A DNA stretch of 64,000 nucleotides from an uncultured Planctomycetales bacterium (GCA_964542785.1 CAZIUK010000001.1:442862-506861), one strand, 5' to 3'. Numbered from the stretch's first letter, positions 9,091 through 19,690 are shown. A program made the numbers and translations. The notes: generated by a model not told the origin, from the sequence alone.

Positions 9091-11892
9091 ATGAATATTA
9101 AGTATAATCTTTTGATAGCGCTTATACTTTTAGGCGCTTTATTTTTTATCAATCTACCTTTATCTATAGCAGATGATTTAGTAGTAGATTACTTGTGTGA
9201 TTTAGGTATTGAGTTTTATAATCTTAAGCAATACGATGATGCCCTGTCTGAATTTCAAAAAGTTCTTGCCGTAGATCCTGAAAATAAAACCGCCAAAGAA
9301 TACGTAAACCTTATCTTTAAAAATAAAGGCTTGCCTCAAGAATCTCAATCTCTCGCCCCGGAAGTGCCCCAAGCTTATAATCAAGAGGAGGCATTTGTTC
9401 CTGTTAATAAAAATTTGGATAATATGCTTGCTAAAGAAGAGGCGATGGAGAGAGTGTTTTCAAATTTAGAGTCTTTGGAAAAAAATAAAAAAACAGGCAC
9501 TCTTGGTAAGGATGTAATTAAACCCTTAATTCAAGAAGAGTCTAGGGGTTTTTTATTAGGGGGTTTACGTGTAACTGGAGAAACAACACTTTCCTTTGGG
9601 GTTGAGTCTCCGGGTAATTTTATATGGAAGCGTACTAACTATGACTTAAATGAAAGAAATTGGCGGTTATTATCTGACGAAGTTTATAACAATAGGTTCA
9701 ATACCTTTGATACTCGTATATATGACAGTCTTTCATTTAACCTTGATACAGAGAATAAGTCCGAGTTTAATTTTCACGCTAATATAACTATTGATCCCTG
9801 GAGTTTTACTGGAAAAAGCAATAAGTTCACGCTTACGGGAATGGGTGGAGATCTTGCAGAATTAGAGCTAAGATATTGGTCAAATACTAGGCATACTATT
9901 AATACTAGAGTTTTCACTTTAGCGAACGGCGATGTTTTTAATCTCCCTGAGATAAAGATGATTAACGGGAGGATACTTCCCGTTGGATTATCTTCAGCTT
10001 ATAGTAATTTATTTGATATTCCAGAAACAAAGATCAAGCGGATGTTTCAACCAGTTAGAGAGTTTTGGTTTGATTATCTGAATGAAGATGCTGGAGTAAA
10101 ATTAAGGGTTTTTCCTATTGCCTATCAAGACCAGGCATTTACCTCAGACGACCCTTTAAATATTACTAATCATCATAAGTGGTGGGCAGCAAGCCCTTGG
10201 TTAAAAAGATACCTTCCTGGAAGGCGTAATCCGGGCGCATCTCCTGTAGATTATACCAAGGGAAGATGGGATGATACATATTCAACTGTACGGGATAGTA
10301 CTGGTAGGTACCTTACAGCTTTGCGTGGATTTTCTTTAAGCTTAGGCAATCCTAAAGGAACCCTCTTTCAATCTACCGTAGCAACACCAAAAGACTTATG
10401 GCAACCTTATGAAGAGGTTGATAATTATATTGCTGCCAGCAGATTAAAACACTTAGCTTCAGAGAACGTATCTTTAGGGGCTACATTTTCTACGCGCACA
10501 GGTTTGAATGTTAATAATAAGAGTAAGGTTGACAGCACAAATTATACTGGGGGAGTTGATTTAAGTTATGAGATTATTGAAGGTATAATGACTCAGGCGG
10601 AGGTCTTAAGGTCGCAGTCTTATTATGATCAACTTGACCCGCAGTATAAAACTAAAGCCCGTGGAAATGCTTATTATTTTACCCTTATTAACCGCTACCC
10701 GCAAAAAGAATTAATTCATCTTTCCTATCCTTATGGCCAATCCAAGAGAGAACAAGATGAGTCATTTATGGCAAAAAGCAAGTTCTTTATCGCCAGGATG
10801 GATAGGGGTTTTGATGCCCCTCTTTCTAATTATCGCGATACCCGGGATGATGATTTCTGGTCAAGGCATATTTCTTTTAGAAAGAACTTTGGTTATTTTT
10901 CCCCGGGTTTAAGCTCTGCCTATGTTAATCAAGATGAGCTTGATGCTACACGCATAGGAGATGGTATAGATAAAGATAGGAGTACAGTAGGATTTAGGTT
11001 TGAGGCTTTTTATGAAGATATCTTCTCAAACCTTTTTGATGTACGCAATGTGCATAAAAATAACGGCAAGTACGCTGAGACTGTAGTGCGTGATGAAATT
11101 ATGTTTAAGCCATTTGAAAAACTTACCCTCAAAGGTTTGCTCCTTTATCATGACCTACCAAAGACTAAAGGTAAGATAGACCCTTTTAATTTTGATATTG
11201 ATACTGATGTAGGGATAATTAATAATGCTGTTCCTGATGGCGAGAACCCTAGTATAAAAACAGGTTCTATAGGATTAGAATATGCTTTTATAGATTGGCT
11301 AAAGGCAAATATAATTTGGGAGAGGACAAATGATTATTATTTAGCTTATGGTAATTTTCCAAATGGCGTATTTAATGAAGGAGAATTAAGCAGGACTTAT
11401 CAAGAGTATGGAAAAACCTACAGAGATTGGATTAGGTGGCTTTATGACCAACATGTCTTTCCCCAGGCACCGTATCCTTTTTATAATATCTTTAAGGCAG
11501 GATTAGACATCTCTCCTTTAGAAAAACTAAATATCTACCTTGATTATACTTACAATGAGTTTAAGATGGCAGGGCAGAACTCAGATAATATGAACCACTT
11601 TGGGTTACAGATGGTTTATGAGCCTACGGACAAGTTAGGACTCTGTTTTAAATACACCTATTCTTTATGGAAGAATCCTCTTTTAGTTAGAGACGGCAAT
11701 TCTAAAACAACCGGGCATCATAATATTTTTACAGAACTTAGGTATATGCCTACTAAAGATGACGAATTTAGCATTCAATATGGAGAAGGAAACTCAAGCT
11801 CTATCGGAAGGCTCTATGACCCTACGGGCGGCGCTTTACTTACAATAAATACCGCACACATTGTCCGCGTATATTACCGCCGCAGATTTTAA
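9091..11892 (+). CDS. Large outer-membrane beta-barrel protein with an N-terminal TPR-like segment; function unknown
   Basis: Signal peptide (MNIKYNLLIALILLGALFFINLPLSIA), a TPR-like motif (YNLKQYDDALSEFQKVLAVDPEN), a long aromatic/Gly/Asn-rich region of beta-strand character, and a C-terminal …VRVYYRRRF ending in Phe, which is an OMP signature. Confidence 0.75.
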   Translation: MNIKYNLLIALILLGALFFINLPLSIADDLVVDYLCDLGIEFYNLKQYDDALSEFQKVLAVDPENKTAKEYVNLIFKNKGLPQESQSLAPEVPQAYNQEEAFVPVNKNLDNMLAKEEAMERVFSNLESLEKNKKTGTLGKDVIKPLIQEESRGFLLGGLRVTGETTLSFGVESPGNFIWKRTNYDLNERNWRLLSDEVYNNRFNTFDTRIYDSLSFNLDTENKSEFNFHANITIDPWSFTGKSNKFTLTGMGGDLAELELRYWSNTRHTINTRVFTLANGDVFNLPEIKMINGRILPVGLSSAYSNLFDIPETKIKRMFQPVREFWFDYLNEDAGVKLRVFPIAYQDQAFTSDDPLNITNHHKWWAASPWLKRYLPGRRNPGASPVDYTKGRWDDTYSTVRDSTGRYLTALRGFSLSLGNPKGTLFQSTVATPKDLWQPYEEVDNYIAASRLKHLASENVSLGATFSTRTGLNVNNKSKVDSTNYTGGVDLSYEIIEGIMTQAEVLRSQSYYDQLDPQYKTKARGNAYYFTLINRYPQKELIHLSYPYGQSKREQDESFMAKSKFFIARMDRGFDAPLSNYRDTRDDDFWSRHISFRKNFGYFSPGLSSAYVNQDELDATRIGDGIDKDRSTVGFRFEAFYEDIFSNLFDVRNVHKNNGKYAETVVRDEIMFKPFEKLTLKGLLLYHDLPKTKGKIDPFNFDIDTDVGIINNAVPDGENPSIKTGSIGLEYAFIDWLKANIIWERTNDYYLAYGNFPNGVFNEGELSRTYQEYGKTYRDWIRWLYDQHVFPQAPYPFYNIFKAGLDISPLEKLNIYLDYTYNEFKMAGQNSDNMNHFGLQMVYEPTDKLGLCFKYTYSLWKNPLLVRDGNSKTTGHHNIFTELRYMPTKDDEFSIQYGEGNSSSIGRLYDPTGGALLTINTAHIVRVYYRRRF

Positions 11893-11923
11893 CCTGTTTT
11901 AACCTGCCTTTTTAATAAATACC

Positions 11924-14900
11924 TTATTTTAAGTGGATATCTATCTGATTGATTTTACCTAAGCGGATTTGTTCTGCGTAGGGGGATTTGATTGTATCAG
12001 AGTTTATTCTGATTAAAAGCCCGTTATTGTCTTTAAAGGCTATATATTGAACCTTAGCTGAGTTTTTGCCGTAGGTATTCTTTTTGGTAGGATTGTGGTA
12101 AATAACCTTTATCTTGCTTAAGAAATTAAAAGAATATTTCCCATTTTTATCAAATAACCAGGCATTTAATATTGGTTTAAAGCAAAGATTAAGGGTATTG
12201 CTGGCGGTTATAAAGAAAGGTTTTAATCCGAGGTTAATCTTAAGCCAGATATCTAAAAATTCTGCTGTAGAGCCGGATAGCCGGGCAACAAATCCGTTTC
12301 CGTGCAAGGTTTTATCAGGAAAAGCGCTACTTACAAGAAAAGAAGAGTTTTCAAGGATGCTCCGCCCGTATCTTTTTGGGTCCTGAAAAGGTATAAGGGC
12401 TTTTTTAAAATCCTGGTAAAACTCTTCATAAAGCCCTTGTTTCAATAATTCTAGGAGATACTTATACTCCATATGTAGCCAGACAGATTCATTCTCAAGC
12501 CAGCCGGAAGGGAATACCCTGCATCTACCGATCTCCTCAGGCATAGGTTTAAGCGAAGCAGTTACTTTATACATAGATAGTTTTTTATCAAAGAGAGCGC
12601 TTCTTTTTACCCCTTTGTATAGGGCTTTAGCTTTAGCTTGGTTTTCTGCAAGGCGTAAGCCATGCATTTGCGGCTCAAGGAATAAAGGTAGAGGAATTTG
12701 TTTAAAAGATAAAGGTTTTATGAAATTATCTTCCAGTTTTTCGTATTTGGTAACCTCGTGATAAAAATAACCTCTATACACTGAGGATTTTTTATCCCAA
12801 GCCCTATTTATGCCTATATCAATCTTTTTTATAAACAAATCAACTATTTTGCTTAAATCCTTTGAAGGTATATTTAACTCTTTTCCCTTAACTCCCATTT
12901 TTGTATCTGACCAGTAAGACTCTTTAGCTAAATGCGTCTCATCCCACCATTGAAAGTCACTTAGTGCCTTATTAAAATATTCTTTAGTTAAAATGTATAG
13001 TTTTTCTAAAAGCCTGTAAATCTCTTCAGTAACGAAGATACTTTCTGTAGGGGTTAAACTTATAGAGTTTTTGATATAGAGCGCTAATCGTTTTAGTTCA
13101 AAGGTCTCTGATAGGGAAGAGCCGAATATGGCAGGTAGTCCATTTAGAGAATCAAACCAATTAGGCTTGTCTGACTCCATCTCAACTCCTACGCCAAATG
13201 GGTCAAGAGAAGCGTACTTATTAACTAAGAGGCAAAGAAGCTTATTTATAAGCGTTGTTTGGTATATACCCCCGATCCCTTTTTCTGAGCGCGCTATATT
13301 AGGGGCAGTATTTCTTTTATTCAGCATCTCTTTTTTATTAAGGTCAAGGGTAACTGCGTGCAGTTGGCGCGGGAGGCCATTATGAAGAATATACTTTTCT
13401 TTCCTTGGCTTTACTACTCTGTCATTATCAAAGAAGGTAAATTTTCTTTTTTCAAAAAATATCTCTTTTGCTTTTTCCGGGTAAATAGCAAGGTAGCTAT
13501 CAAGAAGGTCTAAATTATAATGCCAATGGTCAATCCAAAAGCCTTCCAAATGCTCTGCTTCATTTATCTCCAAGGAATAAGAGATGATAATATCTAATAA
13601 TTCATCATAAGAAGAGGTTAGTTTTATTTGATTGTCTTCAATAAAATGAATTATCTCTCCGGGTGAAAACTTTTTTCCAGTAAAGTTAAGCAGGATTTTA
13701 TTTACGTTTTCTTTTTTAGAAAGATGGCCAAGTTTAGTTCGTATCTTTTGCGTATCTTGCAAGATAAAACCTGAGCCTTTTATTACTAAAGGGTTAAAAC
13801 CGTCAAGCTGGATCAGGTTAAACAATGAGAGTAAGTCTTTTTCTTTTATTTTAGGATTAAACCAAATTTCGTTTCTGCGGTTTTGGTTTAAGTCCCGGTA
13901 GTTGCCATTGCCCTGGGAAAGATATGTTGGAGAGATTTGAAACCTATTGTAATCTCTTTCAGGATCGCCGTGTTTTCGCGAATAAAGATAAAAGGTTTTT
14001 TCTTGTCCAAAAATAACCGGGTACCCACCGCGTAATATATTATCTAAATAAGTCTGTTGAGAATAGAGATTAAATTCTTTTGAAGACGTGCTCGTCCTAA
14101 CATCTTCAAGCAAGTTATTTATTAATTTCATATTTTCAATTCTTTTAGATTCAATATAGACAGGGGAAGAGAGTCTTTTTAAAGAGGCATTAAGATCTTT
14201 TAGGCTACGCATATAGCCGCTTAGAGCGTAGAGTTTTTTATTTTCATTTTGCTTGAGGATAAAAGAGGAGTATAAAAAAGCAGAGGGGGTTTTACTTTGT
14301 ATAGTTTCATTTTGCGGAGGAGAAAAATCTTTATTTAAGAATAACCTTGGACAAGAAAAATCAGTAACTGGACCAAATATATTATCTGGATTAATGATAG
14401 GCTTGATTAACCCTGTTTTTTTAGCTTCAGAACTAAAGCCTAAATAGAAGTTACCTTCTTTTATGTGGACTACCTCCGGACGGTCAGCAGGATCAACTGT
14501 AAGCCTGTAAAAGGGAGCGTTGTTCTTAAGGTTTTCAACCCCCATCCACGCCTCAATTGTACGCGACATCTTCTTAAGGCAATAGTTATTGGTTCCATAA
14601 GGGATAATTTGAGGTAATCCGTCAAGAAGCTCTATTTCTATTAAGTCTTTATTTAAGTTTTTTAATTCAACTATCCTAGCTAATCCGGCGTAATTATCAT
14701 TAGGAATATTAAAGTATCTTACCCAGGTAATAAGATTTAAGGTTTTATTTTCTTCCTCAATAGTTAATTCATAGGGTAAGATATATAGCCTATTTGTTAT
14801 TTTATAAGAAAGATTCGTAAATCCGTTATGGAATGGCTCATAAAAAAAGTCCCTATTATTTCTGTTAACCTTTAAAAAAGTCCTAAACCCATGCGTAGAA

Positions 14901-15142
14901 ACAGATTGCCATGCCTTATTAGCAGGCATAAATTCAAGTATTGCGTGGTCTTTATCTTTTATTCCAAAACTTGAAATACATTGAGCGCGATTTACATAAA
15001 ATGTCCACATAGGTATGCCATATTTGCCAGCTATACCGGGTAAAAAACTAGAGAAGGGTTTTGAGAAGTTGTAATTTTTAATTACAAATGCGCCCTCTTT
15101 ATTAAGAAGATACTTTGGTTCTTTGTTGGTTTTTTTAATCAT
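11924..15142 (-). CDS. Large cytoplasmic protein, putative (alpha/alpha)6-barrel glycoside hydrolase/phosphorylase-like; function uncertain
   Basis: An uninterrupted 1072-aa ORF with no signal peptide. An N-terminal beta-sandwich-like region is followed by a segment containing a GH94/GH15-clan-like acid motif (PNWFDSLNG). The functional call is my pattern recognition only. Confidence 0.6.
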   Translation of the reverse strand: MIKKTNKEPKYLLNKEGAFVIKNYNFSKPFSSFLPGIAGKYGIPMWTFYVNRAQCISSFGIKDKDHAILEFMPANKAWQSVSTHGFRTFLKVNRNNRDFFYEPFHNGFTNLSYKITNRLYILPYELTIEEENKTLNLITWVRYFNIPNDNYAGLARIVELKNLNKDLIEIELLDGLPQIIPYGTNNYCLKKMSRTIEAWMGVENLKNNAPFYRLTVDPADRPEVVHIKEGNFYLGFSSEAKKTGLIKPIINPDNIFGPVTDFSCPRLFLNKDFSPPQNETIQSKTPSAFLYSSFILKQNENKKLYALSGYMRSLKDLNASLKRLSSPVYIESKRIENMKLINNLLEDVRTSTSSKEFNLYSQQTYLDNILRGGYPVIFGQEKTFYLYSRKHGDPERDYNRFQISPTYLSQGNGNYRDLNQNRRNEIWFNPKIKEKDLLSLFNLIQLDGFNPLVIKGSGFILQDTQKIRTKLGHLSKKENVNKILLNFTGKKFSPGEIIHFIEDNQIKLTSSYDELLDIIISYSLEINEAEHLEGFWIDHWHYNLDLLDSYLAIYPEKAKEIFFEKRKFTFFDNDRVVKPRKEKYILHNGLPRQLHAVTLDLNKKEMLNKRNTAPNIARSEKGIGGIYQTTLINKLLCLLVNKYASLDPFGVGVEMESDKPNWFDSLNGLPAIFGSSLSETFELKRLALYIKNSISLTPTESIFVTEEIYRLLEKLYILTKEYFNKALSDFQWWDETHLAKESYWSDTKMGVKGKELNIPSKDLSKIVDLFIKKIDIGINRAWDKKSSVYRGYFYHEVTKYEKLEDNFIKPLSFKQIPLPLFLEPQMHGLRLAENQAKAKALYKGVKRSALFDKKLSMYKVTASLKPMPEEIGRCRVFPSGWLENESVWLHMEYKYLLELLKQGLYEEFYQDFKKALIPFQDPKRYGRSILENSSFLVSSAFPDKTLHGNGFVARLSGSTAEFLDIWLKINLGLKPFFITASNTLNLCFKPILNAWLFDKNGKYSFNFLSKIKVIYHNPTKKNTYGKNSAKVQYIAFKDNNGLLIRINSDTIKSPYAEQIRLGKINQIDIHLK

Positions 15143-15206
15143 GGTATTTCATTTTACATAATTTTAAAATTTTGTCCATATAATTATTTTAATTTTATTT
15201 AGCTTA

Positions 15207-15235
15207 TTGACTTTTGCTCTTTAAAATGATAATAT
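15207..15235 (+). promoter_or_regulatory. Sigma70-like promoter (extended -10) for the gatCAB operon
   Basis: TTGACT (15207-15212), a 17-nt spacer ending in TG, then TAATAT (15230-15235). RBS GGAG at 15253 and ATG at 15264. Confidence 0.45.
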
Positions 15236-15263
15236 AATTTTTAAATAGAGTTGGAGTAATCTT

Positions 15264-15548
15264 ATGATAAATAACAAGATAGTTAAAGAGTTTGCTAATT
15301 TAGCGCGGATAGAATTAGAGGAAGATGAGCTTGTTAAGTTCTCCGAAGAATTTAAGCATACACTTAGTTTTATTGATAAGCTTAGAGAAGTAAACATAGA
15401 CAATATCCCTCCTGCAATTCAAACAGTTTTAATGAATAATATTTTAAGGGATGACCTGGTGGAAGATTCGCTTCCAATAGAAAAAGCATTAGCTAATGCC
15501 CCTTTAAAGAAGAGAAACTTCTTTTTAGTCCCCAAAATAATTGAGTAA
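15264..15548 (+). CDS. gatC: Glu/Asp-tRNA amidotransferase subunit C
   Basis: A 94-aa protein with GatC-like sequence (ARIELEEDELVKFSEEF…), directly upstream of gatA/gatB. Confidence 0.85.
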   Translation: MINNKIVKEFANLARIELEEDELVKFSEEFKHTLSFIDKLREVNIDNIPPAIQTVLMNNILRDDLVEDSLPIEKALANAPLKKRNFFLVPKIIE

Positions 15549-15557
15549 TACTACAAG

Positions 15558-16994
15558 ATGAAAAAAGAGCTGAATGCCTTAACTGCCCATGAGCTTTTAG
15601 ACAAGATAAAGCAAGGGGAGATCTCTGGGCAAGATATAGTTAATTCTTTACAAAAAAGAATTGATAAGATAGATTATTCCCTTAATGCTTACGTAAGAAA
15701 AAGCAATGGAAAGGTTGCTCAGAGAGATCAAGCCGATAAAAATCAAGGAATACCTGTATCTATTAAAGATAATATATCTACCGAAGGCTATCCCACAGAG
15801 TGTTGCTCTAAGATCCTCGCGGGATTTATCCCTCCTTTTGACGCTACTGTAATTACTAAGATAAAAGAATCTGGGAACTCTTTTTTTGATAAGAAGACTA
15901 ATATGGATGAGTTTGCTTTTGGTTCTTCTACGGAAAATTCTTGCTTTGGGGTTACGCGTAACCCTTGGAATTTAGATTATGTTTCCGGAGGTTCTTCTGG
16001 GGGTTCTGCCGCAGCTGTCGCCGCGGATACTGCAATATGGGCGCTTGGCTCAGATACTGGAGGTTCAATCCGTCAACCCTCTGCTTTTTGTGGGGTAGTA
16101 GGGTTAAAGCCTACCTATGGAAGGGTCTCTCGTCATGGATTAATCGCCTTTGCTTCAAGTTTAGACCAGATTGGGCCAATTACTAAGGATGTTCATGACT
16201 GCGCGCTTCTTTTAAAGATAATCTCAGGGCAAGACACAAAAGACTCTACTTCAGTTAATCTTCCTGTCCCTGATTATTTAAAAGCTTTAGGTAAAGATAT
16301 ACAGGGGTTTAAGGTAGCCTACCCTAAAAAATATTTTGCTAAATACTTAGACTCAGAGATATCTTCTTGTATAAAAGAGGCCATTGAAAAATTAAAGGAG
16401 ATGGGAGTTATCTTTAAAGAGGTCTCTATGCCTCATGTTGATTATGCTGCTGCAGCCTATTATATTATTGCTACTGCTGAGGCAAGTTCAAGCATGGCTA
16501 AGTTTGACGGAGTTCGTTACGGTTTGCAGAGTAAATCTGAAAATATTATTGATATGTATAAAAAGACCCGCGCTGAAGGATTTGGCACTGAAGCCAAGCG
16601 CAGAATTATTTTAGGGACTCTCTTTCTTTCTCATAAATATTACGAAGATTATTATTTACGCGCTTTAAAGGTGCGTACCCTAATAAAGAATGATTTTGAT
16701 AAGTTATTTAAAGATTTTGACTGTGTCTTAAGTCCTACCTTTCCTAATCTTACGTTTAAGGTAGGAGAAAAATCTAGTGATCCTTTAAAAAAATATTTTG
16801 CGGATATTTATACCATATCTGCAAATTTAACAGGAATTCCAGCGATATCCTTGCCTTGTGGTTTTACTAAAAACGGCTTACCGGTAGGTTTACAGATATT
16901 AGCTAATCATTTTGATGAAGAAAAAATATTCTCTTTAGCTTTTGCATATGAGCAAAAAACTAAGTGGTATAAGATAAAACCAAATTTAAAGTAA
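15558..16994 (+). CDS. gatA: Glu/Asp-tRNA amidotransferase subunit A (amidase)
   Basis: Amidase signature (GGSSGGSAAAVAA, GSDTGGSIRQPSAFCGVVGLKPTYG). Confidence 0.95.
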   Translation: MKKELNALTAHELLDKIKQGEISGQDIVNSLQKRIDKIDYSLNAYVRKSNGKVAQRDQADKNQGIPVSIKDNISTEGYPTECCSKILAGFIPPFDATVITKIKESGNSFFDKKTNMDEFAFGSSTENSCFGVTRNPWNLDYVSGGSSGGSAAAVAADTAIWALGSDTGGSIRQPSAFCGVVGLKPTYGRVSRHGLIAFASSLDQIGPITKDVHDCALLLKIISGQDTKDSTSVNLPVPDYLKALGKDIQGFKVAYPKKYFAKYLDSEISSCIKEAIEKLKEMGVIFKEVSMPHVDYAAAAYYIIATAEASSSMAKFDGVRYGLQSKSENIIDMYKKTRAEGFGTEAKRRIILGTLFLSHKYYEDYYLRALKVRTLIKNDFDKLFKDFDCVLSPTFPNLTFKVGEKSSDPLKKYFADIYTISANLTGIPAISLPCGFTKNGLPVGLQILANHFDEEKIFSLAFAYEQKTKWYKIKPNLK

Positions 16995-16995
16995 G

Positions 16996-18429
16996 ATGAA
17001 AGAATATGAAGCAGTAATAGGGTTAGAGGTTCACCTGCAATTATCCACTAAAACAAAGGCTTTTTGTGGATGTTCTACTGAATTTGGTAGAGAGCCTAAT
17101 ACGCAAACTTGTCCGTCTTGTTTAGGTCTCCCGGGAGCCTTACCTGTATTAAACAAAAAGGTTCTTGAATATGCAATTAAGGTTGCGCTTGCCTTAAATT
17201 GTAAAGTGCAAAAATACACAAAGTTTGACCGGAAGAATTATTTCTACCCGGACTTATCTAAAAACTACCAAATCTCTCAGTATGACTTTCCTCTGTCCTT
17301 AAACGGGTATTTAAATTTGCCTACTCTTACAGGAGTAAAGCCTATTGGTATAGCCCGGGTACACATAGAAGAGGACGCAGGTAAGTTAATACACGAAGAG
17401 GATGCTAGTCTTGTAGATTTTAACCGCGCAGGGATGCCCTTGCTTGAAATAGTTAGCCAACCTGAGCTAACCTCGCCTGAGGAGGCGCATTTATATCTAT
17501 CAACATTAAAGAGTATTATTGAATATTTAGATGTCTCTGATTGCGATATGGAGAAGGGTTCTTTGCGTTGTGATGCAAATGTATCTCTTAGACCTAAAGG
17601 AGAAAGAAAATTAGGGGTTAAAGCAGAAATAAAGAATATGAATTCTTTTAAAGGGGTTAAGGATGCGCTTACCTATGAGATAAAAAGACAGGCAGAATTA
17701 TTAGATTCTGGTTCAATGGTTATTCAAGAGACGCGGCTTTGGGATGTAAAAGAGCTAAAGACTATTTCCATGCGCACAAAAGAAGCAGCTAAGGACTACA
17801 GGTATTTCCCAGACTCTGATTTACCGCCTTTAAAAATAACTGAGTCCATGGTTAAAGAGGTTAAAGATACTATCCCGGAGTTGCCTTATGAAAAAAGTTG
17901 CCGTTTTATTAAAGAGTACGGCTTGCCGGAATATGACGCAAGAATTCTTGTTACTTTTCGTCAAGATGCAAATTTTGCCGAAGAATCTTTTAAGGCCTAC
18001 CCTAATAAGAACAAAAAGGCAGTCTCTAATTGGTTTATCGGGCCGTTACTTAAAGAGGCAAATGATAGAAATATGAGCATATCTAAATTAGGGGTAACCT
18101 CTAAAAATTTACTTGAACTTATAGCGCTTACAGAAAAGAATGAAATTTCTCTTTTATCCGCAAAGATAGTCTTAACCGAGATGATAAATACCGGTAAGTT
18201 GCCTGCGGATATCATAAAAGAAAAGAACCTTGCTCAGATATCTGAAGAGGGTGCATTAAAGGAGATGGTAGAAGAGATTATAAAAGAAAATCCTAAATCA
18301 GCCGAAGATTACAAATCCGGCAAGGAGAATGCACTTATGTTTTTAGTAGGGCAATTAATGCGTAAATCCAAAGGCAAGGCCAATCCTAAGATAGCTAAAG
18401 AATTACTAAAAGATACTCTTGATGCATAA
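16996..18429 (+). CDS. gatB: Glu/Asp-tRNA amidotransferase subunit B
   Basis: GatB N-terminus (YEAVIGLEVHLQL…CGC…CP.CLGLPGALPVLN) and the C-terminal GatB/YqeY domain. Confidence 0.95.
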   Translation: MKEYEAVIGLEVHLQLSTKTKAFCGCSTEFGREPNTQTCPSCLGLPGALPVLNKKVLEYAIKVALALNCKVQKYTKFDRKNYFYPDLSKNYQISQYDFPLSLNGYLNLPTLTGVKPIGIARVHIEEDAGKLIHEEDASLVDFNRAGMPLLEIVSQPELTSPEEAHLYLSTLKSIIEYLDVSDCDMEKGSLRCDANVSLRPKGERKLGVKAEIKNMNSFKGVKDALTYEIKRQAELLDSGSMVIQETRLWDVKELKTISMRTKEAAKDYRYFPDSDLPPLKITESMVKEVKDTIPELPYEKSCRFIKEYGLPEYDARILVTFRQDANFAEESFKAYPNKNKKAVSNWFIGPLLKEANDRNMSISKLGVTSKNLLELIALTEKNEISLLSAKIVLTEMINTGKLPADIIKEKNLAQISEEGALKEMVEEIIKENPKSAEDYKSGKENALMFLVGQLMRKSKGKANPKIAKELLKDTLDA

Positions 18430-19690
18430 AAGATTTTGTATTTTTTTATCCCTTTTAAATCTATTTCTATTTTTTATCCTCACCTCATCTATCTCTAAAG
18501 CAAGCAAAAAGAATAATAAGGATGAAACATATAAGCATTTGAGCCTTTTACCCGAGGCTTTATCAGTAATTGAATCTGAATACCCTGAAAAGATTGAGCC
18601 TAAAGAATTAATCTACGGGGCATTAAAGGGCATGCTTGCGTCCTTAGATTCACACAGTCAATTTTTAGACCAAGATGCATACAATGAACTAAGGCAGGAG
18701 GCTAAGGGAAAGTTTGGAGGAATTGGCATAGAGATAACTATTAAAGATGGCTTGCTTACCGTAATTACTCCTATTGAAGATACCCCTGCTTGGAGGGCAG
18801 GAATTAAACCTTTGGATAGGATTGTAAAAATAAACAATGAAATTACACGGGGTATGGCTTTAAGCGATGCAGTTAAAAGGATTAGGGGCAAACCGGGAGA
18901 AGTTGTGCGATTTACTATATTAAGAGAACCCGAAAAAAGGCTCCTAGAGTTTAAAATAATACGGGGGGTTATTCAGATAAAAGATATTAAAGAAACCCTG
19001 ATCTTAGAGGACAAGATAGGATATATAAGGATATCCCAGTTTGCAGAAGATACAATTAAAAATTTAAATACCGCTATAAATAATTTACTTAAAGAAGATA
19101 TCAAGGCTTTGATCTTGGATTTACGCAATAATCCCGGAGGGCTTTTAGAGTCTGCTCTTTCTGTAGCTGGTAAATTTTTACCTGAAGGTAAACTTATAGT
19201 TTGCATTAAAGGGAAAAAAGAAAAACAAAATCTTACTTTTTTTTCTAAAGATAAGAACCCTTTGCTTAATATACCTATGGTAGTTTTAATTAATGGCGGT
19301 TCAGCTTCAGGGAGTGAGATACTTGCTTCTGCTTTAAAGAGTCATAAAAGAGCGATAATAATTGGGACTAAGTCTTTTGGTAAGGGGTCTGTGCAAAGCG
19401 TTATTCCCTTGTCTGACGGTTCTGCCTTAAAGTTAACTACTAGTAAATATTTTACACCTGAAGATAAAGAGATAAGCGGAAAGGGGGTTACCCCGGATAT
19501 TTTAGTTGAAAAAGAAACCCTTGAACCAAAAAATGCTGATACCCTCTCTTTAGAAGAGGTATTTGATACGATAGAAGATAAGTTTAGACAGAAAAAAGCA
19601 AGGGTAAGCATTTACAAAGAGGATAATCAAATTTTAAGGGCATTAGACCTTTTAAGGGCCATTAAAATATATGAGGGGAGCAGAAATTGA
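18422..19690 (+). CDS. ctpA: Carboxyl-terminal processing protease (S41 family)
   Basis: Signal/TM segment, a PDZ domain, and S41 motifs (LDLRNNPGGLL, GSASGSEILA, the catalytic Ser/Lys region FGKGSVQ). Confidence 0.85.
   Translation: MHKRFCIFLSLLNLFLFFILTSSISKASKKNNKDETYKHLSLLPEALSVIESEYPEKIEPKELIYGALKGMLASLDSHSQFLDQDAYNELRQEAKGKFGGIGIEITIKDGLLTVITPIEDTPAWRAGIKPLDRIVKINNEITRGMALSDAVKRIRGKPGEVVRFTILREPEKRLLEFKIIRGVIQIKDIKETLILEDKIGYIRISQFAEDTIKNLNTAINNLLKEDIKALILDLRNNPGGLLESALSVAGKFLPEGKLIVCIKGKKEKQNLTFFSKDKNPLLNIPMVVLINGGSASGSEILASALKSHKRAIIIGTKSFGKGSVQSVIPLSDGSALKLTTSKYFTPEDKEISGKGVTPDILVEKETLEPKNADTLSLEEVFDTIEDKFRQKKARVSIYKEDNQILRALDLLRAIKIYEGSRN

Noticed and set aside
15965-16186. 73-aa alternative-frame + ORF inside gatA
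   Set aside because: An out-of-frame overlap with a conserved amidase region; the Cys/Arg/Trp-rich translation is not credible.
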